A DNA stretch of 64,000 nucleotides, taken from positions 1 to 64,000 of IMG/VR virus record IMGVR_UViG_3300032046_001865; one strand, given 5' to 3'. Position numbers and translations under genes: made by a program. Below, in pieces: positions 48,290 through 56,847 of the stretch. Source of the DNA: an uncultured virus (IMG/VR IMGVR_UViG_3300032046_001865) (taxonomy: Duplodnaviria; Heunggongvirae; Uroviricota; Caudoviricetes). The notes beneath the pieces were generated by a model. It worked only from the letters and a program-made list of their open reading frames with translations. It had not been told where the DNA came from and did not search any database. Each line of letters opens with the position of its first letter. Within the stretch, counting starts at the first letter, position 1.

Positions 48290-48568
48290 ACGGACGCTAT
48301 GACCATGCTGCTCAACCTGATCACCCTCGCTGAATCCGACCCGACAGCGATCAAGCTTGAGGTGAGCCGTACGTACTACGATCCAGAGGACTTCACGCCA
48401 CGTAAGACGGTGAGGGTTGACGGCTCTCAGGTGTGCGTCGTGGAGCTTGCAGACGTGATGGAGGCGTCGAAGGACTGGCCCGCTCTGCGACACGAGACGC
48501 TAGAGAAGTACATGCCAACGTTGAAGCCGGGGATGATCCCGGTGGGGGAGCCGGTCGAGGACTCGTGA
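48287..48568 (+). CDS. Small protein carrying a capsid-like DPEDFTPRK motif
   Basis: LEVSRTYYDPEDFTPRKTV resembles the gp23-type motif that follows YxPY. Confidence 0.6.
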   Translation: MTDAMTMLLNLITLAESDPTAIKLEVSRTYYDPEDFTPRKTVRVDGSQVCVVELADVMEASKDWPALRHETLEKYMPTLKPGMIPVGEPVEDS

Positions 48569-48817
48569 TCGTCTACCTGATCACGTGCACCGTCAACGGG
48601 AAGGGGTACGTGGGCGTCACGTGGTCTCAATCGACACCCTGTGCACGTTTACGAGAACGATGAGCATGTCGCTACCTACCTCAGGCTAGAGTTCGTAGCT
48701 GAAGACATGAGAGTCAGTCTCAAAACTTTGCGCAACTGGTTGCGCTCTGGGAAGGATTTCGGTGCTCGTCGGTACGTACGAGACGAAAGTACTATCAGCG
48801 CATTGCGCTCTAAGTAA
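48565..48817 (+). pseudogene. GIY-YIG homing endonuclease remnant with internal deletion and frameshift
   Basis: MIVYLITCTVNGKGYVGVT, then out-of-frame NUMOD1/HTH-like PVHVYENDEHVATY..VSLKTLRNWL. Confidence 0.7.
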
Positions 48818-48826
48818 AGGTAACTA

Positions 48827-49543
48827 ATGGGCTTCTTGGATTCGAGCACAAATAACGTGATTGTGGACTGCGTTTTAACCGACGTGGGCCGCCAATTCCT
48901 CGCCCGAAACGACGGTAGTTTCTCGCTCGTCAAGTTCTCGCTCGGCGACGACGAGGTTGACTACACGAACGTTCGAAAGTACGGTCGCACCGTCGGCAAG
49001 GAGCGCATCGAGAAGCTCACCCCGGTGCTCGAAGCCCTGACGAACCAGTCGTACGCGATGAAGTACAAGCTCATTAGCGTCTCCAACCCCAACCTTGTTC
49101 GACTCCCTCGACTGTCCCTGTCTGGCGACTCGAACGTCAACAGCTCGACCGGCGTCGTCACGCTTGGCCGAACGACGCAGAAGACGTCCGCCATCTCCGT
49201 CGAGCAGACGATCCAAGGTGAGTCCACGATCGACGTGGAGTTGCGTGATCAAGTGTTTCAGGTCGAGATGAGCAACCTCTTCCTACAGGTGCTCCAGAGC
49301 ACGCCGGACACGACAGACGGCCAGCAACGTTCGACCTACTTGCTCCCTCGCTCTCCTAGCGAGAACAGTCAAGGTGGATCCAGCTTGCAGTTCACGCTCG
49401 CTGCAAAGAGCATCCCAGACGCGCAGTTCACCGTCTACGGGTCGACCGCCAACAAGAACATCATCTCGACGTACGTGCGTGTCACCGGCCTGCAATCAGG
49501 CGCGGTGCTCGAGTACAAGGTCAACATCAACAAGTCCATCTGA
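48827..49543 (+). CDS. Putative virion structural protein
   Basis: MGFLD..DCVLTDVGRQFLAR..KFSLGDDEVDY. Confidence 0.7.
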   Translation: MGFLDSSTNNVIVDCVLTDVGRQFLARNDGSFSLVKFSLGDDEVDYTNVRKYGRTVGKERIEKLTPVLEALTNQSYAMKYKLISVSNPNLVRLPRLSLSGDSNVNSSTGVVTLGRTTQKTSAISVEQTIQGESTIDVELRDQVFQVEMSNLFLQVLQSTPDTTDGQQRSTYLLPRSPSENSQGGSSLQFTLAAKSIPDAQFTVYGSTANKNIISTYVRVTGLQSGAVLEYKVNINKSI

Positions 49544-49641
49544 TGAAGAAGAACGCAAGCAACCAGAGCTACGGATCGTTTTAGCTAGAATTCCAACAAG
49601 GACGTCGTTTCAAGCACGCGACTACGTAAGGAACACAGAAC

Positions 49642-50880
49642 ATGGCCATCTACAAAGAGCTCTCAAGTGATAATATCAAGACCGCCAAGAGTTTTTTGTC
49701 GCAATTAGTTGAAGTTTTGCAGCAGGACATCTCCGGCTCCTCCACCCGTAAGAAGTACCAGCACTTCGTCACTGGCGCGGGTGTCGCTCCAGGCGTCACA
49801 TCCTCGCTGTTTCAGACCGTCCACGATCAGGACTTCACGATCCAGACGACCAACCCGCAGTTCGACATCACGGTCGGCTTGTTTGCCAGCGGCACGATCG
49901 CGACAGCGATCACAACGGGAACAGACTCGGCTGGAAAGCTGCTGTTCCCTTCGAACTCGCTGATGATGCGCGAGAAGGTGGACATCTACCGGCAGTTTGC
50001 CCAGCTGCTGCTTGGAGACGCCACACTTCAGTTCACAGCACCGCTTGACTCGGCAACGTCCACAGACGCGATCGACGCAGCCATGTTCATCAGCTTCCGA
50101 CGCTTGTTTGCACGCGACAAGATCAAGCGTGAAACGTTCGCGTTGAAATCTTACTTCTACGCGAACGTGTCTGAGCACAACAAAAGCCACCCCGGAAACA
50201 TCGCGACCGTCATCTCAGGGTCAGAGCTCACGGGCGCGTTCATCTACACGGACGTCGGCAGTGCAAACAATCGAAATGTCAGTGTCGGTGGCGAAGTTGG
50301 AAGCATTGTCCAATCCTCTAACACGTCTAACACCGTTGGATTACTGTTCTACGATCGCGGCATCGCCGTTCTCAACCTCGCAAAGATCATGAGTGGAACC
50401 CAACGCGTCTCCGGTTCCGTGAGCTCCGCTGGCAGCACCGCGGTGTACGGTCTTCTCGCGGGTCAACAAGTGATCGGTGGCACATTTGCAGACAACCCTA
50501 ACGCGACCTTCATCCCCGACTTCATGACCAGTGGCTCGATCGATGACATCGTCGATCACCTCTGTTCGGTTCGGTTCCACACGGGATCCGTCACCGCGAT
50601 CACGTTCCAGAACGTCACGAACATCAACTCCACCCTGATCTCCGTCCAGGCTGGGCCTGACGAGTTCAACTACTCGAGCAACCCGACGTTCCGAGACACC
50701 GACGATCGCATCGTTGTCATCGAGGCTGGTCAGGAAGACATCTCACTGACGTTCGTGTTCGTCACGAGCGTTGGGCTGTTCGACGCGAACGACAACCTGC
50801 TCGCGGTCGCCAAGCTGAGCCGTCCGGTTGAGAAGAGTCCTGAACGGGGATTGAACCTCAGAGTACGTTTGGATTATTGA
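49642..50880 (+). CDS. Putative virion structural protein (tail/baseplate)
   Basis: C-terminal NYSSNPTF..VTSVGLFD..LLAVAKLSRPVEK. Confidence 0.7.
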   Translation: MAIYKELSSDNIKTAKSFLSQLVEVLQQDISGSSTRKKYQHFVTGAGVAPGVTSSLFQTVHDQDFTIQTTNPQFDITVGLFASGTIATAITTGTDSAGKLLFPSNSLMMREKVDIYRQFAQLLLGDATLQFTAPLDSATSTDAIDAAMFISFRRLFARDKIKRETFALKSYFYANVSEHNKSHPGNIATVISGSELTGAFIYTDVGSANNRNVSVGGEVGSIVQSSNTSNTVGLLFYDRGIAVLNLAKIMSGTQRVSGSVSSAGSTAVYGLLAGQQVIGGTFADNPNATFIPDFMTSGSIDDIVDHLCSVRFHTGSVTAITFQNVTNINSTLISVQAGPDEFNYSSNPTFRDTDDRIVVIEAGQEDISLTFVFVTSVGLFDANDNLLAVAKLSRPVEKSPERGLNLRVRLDY

Positions 50881-50895
50881 AAGGACACGGGCCTC

Positions 50896-53265
50896 GTGTC
50901 CATCAAACGTCTACCTCCTGAAGCGATCGAGACATTCTCGATACTTCTACACCCAAAGAGAGCGTACGTCTCATCGTCTTTAGGGGTAACAGGATCGCTC
51001 AAGATCTTCTCGAACCCATCGGCTCGCGAGAAAGACATCTTCTTGCCGTCGGCGTTCGTTGACACAGCACGTTCGTCGAACACGCTGGAGTCCACCCTTC
51101 GAGCATTGCAGGTGAAGGTCGCTGGCGGAACGTCAAATGTTTCAGAAGCGATGCAGTCGTACCTTGATCAGGTAAATTCCACGCCTACATCCGCCAAGAA
51201 CACGATGGACTTGGAGATCCTACGCCACGCTCCAACGACACTGTACACGATCAACACCGCCAAGAAACTGTTCGTGCAAGATAGTCTGATGCCGTACTAC
51301 CGTGTGCATAGGCCGAGCAACAACTGGGCGTACGTCAACTACCACAGCGTCAACTTCTTCACGAGCGACACAGTCCCAAGCGACGCGGCTTGGCTCTACC
51401 CGAATGTGCGTGACGCTGAGTACCCGAGTGGTTGCTACTCGCCGACTGGCAGCTTCACCTTCGAACTCCACGTCAACCCACGTTACACGGCTGACGTGAC
51501 CAGCTCGTACAACGCAGGAACGATCATCCACCTGTCGTCGAGCTACGTGCTTTCGTTGGTGTCTGGATCTTCTCGTGGCCGCGACGGCAACCCTGACGCC
51601 TTCCGTCTGCTTCTGCAGCTGTCAGGGAGCGCCGACGTTCAACCGAGTCAGGTCACACCCGGCGTCGGTGACGGTGTGTACGCTTACCTGTCCGATGACA
51701 ACAGCTTGCGTCTCAACAACTGGCACCATGTGCTTGTGACGTGGGGCACGAGCAGGAACGATCAAGGCACAGGTAGTTTCTACGTCGACGGCGTCCAGAA
51801 GGGCGTGTTCGTCTTCCCTGGCAACACGATCCTCCCGCCTGTTGCGACAAACGACGCGCTTTGCCTCGGCAACTTCTACGAGGGGTCGAACACAGGACCC
51901 AGCATCCAGGCCAGGTTCTTCACGACAGACACCGCCGCACGTGAAGGTGTGCATGAGCTAGACGGCACGTCGGGGGTGAACTACCCTACCTCGTTCAAGT
52001 TCAGACACCAGTTGAACGCGGAGCTGCATGACGTCAGCATCCGTGACGAGTACCTGCCGTCGACTAAGGCCAAAGTGCACGGCTCGGTGACCGTGAAGAA
52101 GGCGCCACCCACGGCGGACAACTACCTGTTCTACGTTCCTCCGTTCTTCGTCCCGGGTTCACCGACGTTGACAGAAGTTGACGGATCTGGCGGACTGCTC
52201 ATCTCTCCTTTCCACGCGCTGGATGAGAGCAGCAAGCATCCGTTCTCGGCCCCGATGTCCTTTGGCGTCGCCGGTCGGTACAACAGTCTTGAAAACTTCA
52301 CACGGGACTTCGCGACGAACCGTCACGCGCGTGTTCTCCACTTGACAGCGAGCCAGTTCCTTGACACCACGCCAGGTGCGTTGACATGCAACGATTACCT
52401 CTACGCAACAGCCAGCGTGAGGTTGCGTAACCTCAACGTGCTCCCATGCGACGATGGTAACTTCTGTCCGAACTTCGAGATGGCATCCGTGTTGGATCTC
52501 GTCGACGAACCACGTTTCGTTGATGACATTGGCTCGCCAGATCCTGCGCTCATCTCGTTACGCAAGATGATCTCTGGCTCGATCTACTCGAGCTTGTTTC
52601 ACCAGACCGGCTCGTTGTTCTCAGATGTCGTGAGACTGCTGCCGGAGTCTGGATCGCTGTCGCCCACCGTTGTGCCTTCAGGGCTGTACGCTGTGTACCA
52701 ACGCACGCAGGACGCGTCCTCGAACGAGGTTGTGTTCTTCGACATCAGCAACCTGTTCTTCGGCGAACGCATCCGTCCGGGTTCGTTCATCATCACAGAT
52801 CCTGCCATGTCGGGATCCAACGGTCGCGTCTCCATTCGTCTTCAAGACGATGGCAACGGTGGGCTCTTTCGTGCTGACAGCGTCACGCAACGCGCCATGT
52901 GGAACCACGTCGGCAACGTCTTCTACGAGGAAGGCGTTGTGGCTATCAAGTCACCCGCGTTACCGTTCTTCGGCGCCGAAGGGTTCGAGATCGAGTTCGA
53001 GGGTGAGAAGGCAGTGCACACGACAAAGATCAGCGTGCTTGTTGATGCGACATCGTACAACACGTCGTCGAACCCGTCGTGGAGCCCGACGATGTCAGCG
53101 TCCTTCGACGCGAACCGCGACCCTGAGAACCAGAAGTTCGTCACGGTCACCGGCGTCAACTTCCACGACGAGAACCTCAACGTCGTGATGCGCGCGCAGC
53201 TGGCGCAGCCCATCGTCAAGCGCAAAGGCGACCGTTACCTGCTGCGGATCAAGTACGATTGGTGA
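50896..53265 (+). CDS. Putative virion protein with LamG/ConA-like domain
   Basis: SFTFE..NNWHHVLVTW..FYVDG; C-terminus paralogous to 49642. Confidence 0.7.
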   Translation: MSIKRLPPEAIETFSILLHPKRAYVSSSLGVTGSLKIFSNPSAREKDIFLPSAFVDTARSSNTLESTLRALQVKVAGGTSNVSEAMQSYLDQVNSTPTSAKNTMDLEILRHAPTTLYTINTAKKLFVQDSLMPYYRVHRPSNNWAYVNYHSVNFFTSDTVPSDAAWLYPNVRDAEYPSGCYSPTGSFTFELHVNPRYTADVTSSYNAGTIIHLSSSYVLSLVSGSSRGRDGNPDAFRLLLQLSGSADVQPSQVTPGVGDGVYAYLSDDNSLRLNNWHHVLVTWGTSRNDQGTGSFYVDGVQKGVFVFPGNTILPPVATNDALCLGNFYEGSNTGPSIQARFFTTDTAAREGVHELDGTSGVNYPTSFKFRHQLNAELHDVSIRDEYLPSTKAKVHGSVTVKKAPPTADNYLFYVPPFFVPGSPTLTEVDGSGGLLISPFHALDESSKHPFSAPMSFGVAGRYNSLENFTRDFATNRHARVLHLTASQFLDTTPGALTCNDYLYATASVRLRNLNVLPCDDGNFCPNFEMASVLDLVDEPRFVDDIGSPDPALISLRKMISGSIYSSLFHQTGSLFSDVVRLLPESGSLSPTVVPSGLYAVYQRTQDASSNEVVFFDISNLFFGERIRPGSFIITDPAMSGSNGRVSIRLQDDGNGGLFRADSVTQRAMWNHVGNVFYEEGVVAIKSPALPFFGAEGFEIEFEGEKAVHTTKISVLVDATSYNTSSNPSWSPTMSASFDANRDPENQKFVTVTGVNFHDENLNVVMRAQLAQPIVKRKGDRYLLRIKYDW

Positions 53266-53663
53266 GAAAGCCTCGCCGCAAGCGCGTCAGCCGCAAAGCG
53301 AAACGCGGCGTCTACCGAGCGCTCAAGTGCGTGCTGCCGATCAACTACCGATCCGGGTGGGAGCTCGAGTACGCGAAGTGGCTGGACGCCTGCCCGTCCG
53401 TGCTCTCGTACAAGTACGAGCCGTACGCCGTCGGCTACGTCTCCAACATGAAGTCCGGGAAGCTGCGCAAGTACTACCCCGACTTCGAGGTGACGTACAC
53501 GGACGGCACGAAGGCGCTCATCGAGATCAAGCCGAAGAAGAAGGTGACGTTGGCGCGCAACGTGAAGAAGTTCGCGGCCGCGTCCGCGCATTGCCTGAAG
53601 CAAGGCATCGACTGGCGCGTCGTCACGGAAGTGGACCTGAAAGCTCTAGGTTTGCTGAAGTGA
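53262..53663 (+). CDS. TnsA-like endonuclease / T4 gp4-like head completion nuclease
   Basis: YRSGWE, YEP, YYPDF, IEIKP, VTE. Confidence 0.8.
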   Translation: MRKPRRKRVSRKAKRGVYRALKCVLPINYRSGWELEYAKWLDACPSVLSYKYEPYAVGYVSNMKSGKLRKYYPDFEVTYTDGTKALIEIKPKKKVTLARNVKKFAAASAHCLKQGIDWRVVTEVDLKALGLLK

Positions 53664-54214
53664 GGATCCTCGGGCTTGACATCTCGACTTCGGTCGTCGG
53701 TTACGCCATCGTCGAGGCTGACGACATGAGCCTCGTGAAGATCGGGCACATCGACCTCAAGAAGGCGCCTAAATGCCTTTACCGCAAGGCCGACATCGTC
53801 GTCGGGAACCTTCGCGAAGTCTGTGAGGGCCTTGGGGTCGAACGGAAGTCCGTCTGGGTGGAGGAGCCGGTCATCCGCTTCACGCCTGGCATGTCTTCAG
53901 CCCAAACCATCTCGATGCTGCTGAAGTTCAACGCCATGGTGTCGTACGGCCTCTGGACGGGATGGGACCGCGAGATCGTCCACGTAACGCCTGGCGACGC
54001 TCGCCGCACGTGCGGGCTCCTGATGACGACGAAGAAGAAGTCGGGCGGGAAATCGCAGAAGGAGCAGGTCTACGACCAGCTCACCGCCGTGGGCGGTTTG
54101 CTAGAGTTTCTTCCTTGGCCCATGACCAAGACGAACAAGCCAAAACCAGAGAATTACGATAGGGCTGACGCCTACGTGGTCGCGTACCACGGGGCGAAGG
54201 AGAGCCGCAAATGA
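53660..54214 (+). CDS. RuvC-like Holliday junction resolvase
   Basis: ILGLDISTSVVG, VEE, DRADAY; start GTG 53660. Confidence 0.8.
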   Translation: MRILGLDISTSVVGYAIVEADDMSLVKIGHIDLKKAPKCLYRKADIVVGNLREVCEGLGVERKSVWVEEPVIRFTPGMSSAQTISMLLKFNAMVSYGLWTGWDREIVHVTPGDARRTCGLLMTTKKKSGGKSQKEQVYDQLTAVGGLLEFLPWPMTKTNKPKPENYDRADAYVVAYHGAKESRK

Positions 54215-54387
54215 ACAAGACATCTGGTTACTGGTGGACGAGCAGCCCCGACGAAGGTTGGGAGGGTTTCGCGCCTTCGCGTGAAGAAGCCCTGAAGCAG
54301 ATCGACGAGTGCAAGTACGACTCCGACGACGAGCTGCAAGAGATCGCCTTCACCGGCCCAAGCGAGACGATCCAGATCAGCCCGTGA
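54211..54387 (+). CDS. Small acidic hypothetical protein
   Basis: Manual translation MNKTSGYWW.. (58 aa); 4-bp overlaps at both ends. Confidence 0.55.
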   Translation: MNKTSGYWWTSSPDEGWEGFAPSREEALKQIDECKYDSDDELQEIAFTGPSETIQISP

Positions 54388-55373
54388 TAACCGTCTCGCA
54401 GAAGTACGAGCTGCTCGTGAAGCTGCTCGGGCCTGGCGACATCGACAGCCGCGCGATCAACGCGCAGTTCTGGTGCCCGTTCTGCAAGCACCACGACGCG
54501 AAGAAGCGCAAGCTGGCCGTCCGCCTCGCTGACGGCATCACACATTGCTGGGTGTGCAACTGGTCAGCGAAGAGCCCAACGCGGCTCGTTCCAGTCTTCG
54601 GCGCACGTCACCTGTTGGCCGAGCTCACAGCTGCGTTCGGAGACGGAGGCACCGTCGTCGAGGATGAGCCGATTGAGAACGTCGCAGACGCCGAGTTGCC
54701 GTCCGACTTCTCGCTTGTGTGCGATGAGATCGACAACGGCGTGCGCCACCCAGACAAGCTCGACGCCATCAGCTACCTCGAGAAGCGTGGCGTGTCGTAC
54801 AGCACCGCCAAGTACCTTCGCCTCGGGTTGTCGACCACCGGAGCGTTCCGACGACGCGTCGTCTTCCCCTCGTTCGACGGCGACGGCGCGCTCAACTACG
54901 TCACCGCGCGAGCCATCGACGACGCGACAACATTCAAGTACTTCAACACGCAGAGGCAACGCTCTGAGCTCGTGTTCAACGAGGTCGACGTGGCGTGGAA
55001 CCGTGAGCTCATCCTTGTTGAAGGACCGTTTGACCTGACCGCTTGCGCTGGGATGAACGCGGTGCCGATGCTTGGCTCGTGGCTCGATGAGAATTACTTG
55101 CTGTTCAACCGCATCGTGCTCAACCGCACGCCGGTGTGTCTCGCGTTTGATCCAGACGCAGCGAAGAAGCAGGCGAAGGTCGCGGCTCGCTTCCTACGCT
55201 ACGAGATACCTGTGCGCACCGTTGATTGGACTGGGCATCCGCTCGATCATGATCCGTCCAAGGTTGGGCATGTAGCCTTCCGTCAGATGGTGAAGGCGGC
55301 GAAGACGTTTGACGAGACGACGGCCTTCCGGTCAAGACTGGCGCGAGCACTAGGTTCGATGAGGTTGACATGA
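54384..55373 (+). CDS. DNA primase (Zn finger + TOPRIM)
   Basis: CPFC..HCWVC, YLEKRG, RVVFP, VEGPFD, FDPDA. Confidence 0.88.
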   Translation: MITVSQKYELLVKLLGPGDIDSRAINAQFWCPFCKHHDAKKRKLAVRLADGITHCWVCNWSAKSPTRLVPVFGARHLLAELTAAFGDGGTVVEDEPIENVADAELPSDFSLVCDEIDNGVRHPDKLDAISYLEKRGVSYSTAKYLRLGLSTTGAFRRRVVFPSFDGDGALNYVTARAIDDATTFKYFNTQRQRSELVFNEVDVAWNRELILVEGPFDLTACAGMNAVPMLGSWLDENYLLFNRIVLNRTPVCLAFDPDAAKKQAKVAARFLRYEIPVRTVDWTGHPLDHDPSKVGHVAFRQMVKAAKTFDETTAFRSRLARALGSMRLT

Positions 55374-55969
55374 AGATTGCACACATTGCCGATTTACATG
55401 TTCGTGGTCTCACACGTCACGATGAGGTTCGCACCGTCATCACAGCCTTCTGTGAGGATGCCAAACTACGACAGGTCGATCACATTGTCATCGCCGGCGA
55501 TCTTTGGCACACGAAGACGTACGGCATGACAGCTGAGTACTTCGAACTCATGACATGGATGCTGCGTTCGATGGCCGAGGTTGCACGCGTCCACGTCACG
55601 TTGGGTAACCACGACGGCGCGCTCACCAACTTCTCAAGGCAGGACGCGATCAGCCCGATCGTTGACGCTATCGCTGACCCACGGATCAAGCTGTATAAGA
55701 AAAGCGGTGTGTACCCGATCCAAGACGGTGTCAATCTGTGTGTGTACAGCTTGTTTGACAAAGAAAGTTGGGATGCTGTTGGTCCTGTCGACGGCGATTA
55801 CAACGTCGCAGTTTACCATGGCTCTGTCGGCGGTGCGGTGACAGAAGAGGGGTGGATCCTCAAGCATGACGTGACAGTCTCGTGGTTTGAGGACAAGAAG
55901 TACGACATCGTGCTGCTTGGAGACATACACAAGCAGCAGTACCTCGGGTACAGGGAGTACGAGGAGTGA
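55370..55969 (+). CDS. SbcD/Mre11 (gp47-like) nuclease, N-terminal part of a split gene
   Basis: IADLH, AGDLW, GNHD, YHG, GDIH; ends before the YxGS motif. Confidence 0.88.
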   Translation: MKIAHIADLHVRGLTRHDEVRTVITAFCEDAKLRQVDHIVIAGDLWHTKTYGMTAEYFELMTWMLRSMAEVARVHVTLGNHDGALTNFSRQDAISPIVDAIADPRIKLYKKSGVYPIQDGVNLCVYSLFDKESWDAVGPVDGDYNVAVYHGSVGGAVTEEGWILKHDVTVSWFEDKKYDIVLLGDIHKQQYLGYREYEE

Positions 55970-56847
55970 AATCGTGCGCTCGTTGCTTGCAACCGCTCCG
56001 CGGAAGACAGAAAGTCTACTGCTCGCGAACATGTCAAGCGAAAGCGTTAGGTGTCAAAAGCGCCTACATCGTTGTTCGTAATTGTGCGACGTGCGCCAAA
56101 GAATTGGTGATTCGGATTCGAAGTCGCGGCGAGAGCGATCGTGTGTACTGCTCGAAGAAGTGTTACGGGGTCCATCTGAGCGTTGCGTACGTCGGCGCCG
56201 CGAACCCGGGCGTCGGTCGAGTTCGTTCCGCGGAAGAAACCGCAAAGCGTTCCGAGTCGATGATAAGCAAATGGAACGACGAGACGTACCGAGCGAACGT
56301 GCAAGCTGGGCAGGCAGCGTTCGTCGAGCAGCACGGGCATTGGGGTGGCTCTGACATTCAAACGATCGAGAAACGACGTGCTACTTGTCGTGTTCGTTTT
56401 GGCGTTGATCACCCCTGGATGATCGAATCGATCCGTGAAAAATGCGAAGTCACATCATTGAAACGTCACGGCAAGCTGACGTGGCAAATCGCGAAGGACG
56501 CGGTGCCGACTTCTGACACGCGACCCGAACTGCGTTTCGCCGAAGCGCTCCGAGCGGCAAACATCACCCATGCTCACCCGTTCGACGTGTTCTACGACCA
56601 ACGACGAAAGTTTGAGTACGACTTTTACCTCCTCGGCAAGCGAACGCTCGTCGAAGTCGACGGGGATTACTGGCACGCTCACCCTGACAAATTTCCTGAG
56701 CTAGACGCGACACAGAAGTGGAATCGCGATCACGATCTGAAGAAGAACGAGCTCGCCGAACGATTAGGCCTTCGATTGGTCAGAGTGTGGGAATCTGATG
56801 TGATGAACGAGGAACAATTGACGAAAGTAATCGAGGGCTTGCGATGA
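55966..56847 (+). mobile_element. Homing endonuclease-like gene (Zn-finger repeats + Vsr/DUF559 nuclease)
   Basis: CARC..YCSRTC, CATC..YCSKKC, FGVDHP, YDF..EVDGDYWH..D..KN..RVWE. Confidence 0.82.

Noticed and set aside
53262..53663. Tn7-like transposon
   Set aside because: The TnsA-like nuclease is alone, with no TnsB/TnsC or ends; the context fits a gp4-like head completion nuclease
55966..56847. Group I intron or intein in sbcD
   Set aside because: The ORFs abut with 4-bp overlaps in different frames; no space for a ribozyme core and no C...HN termini
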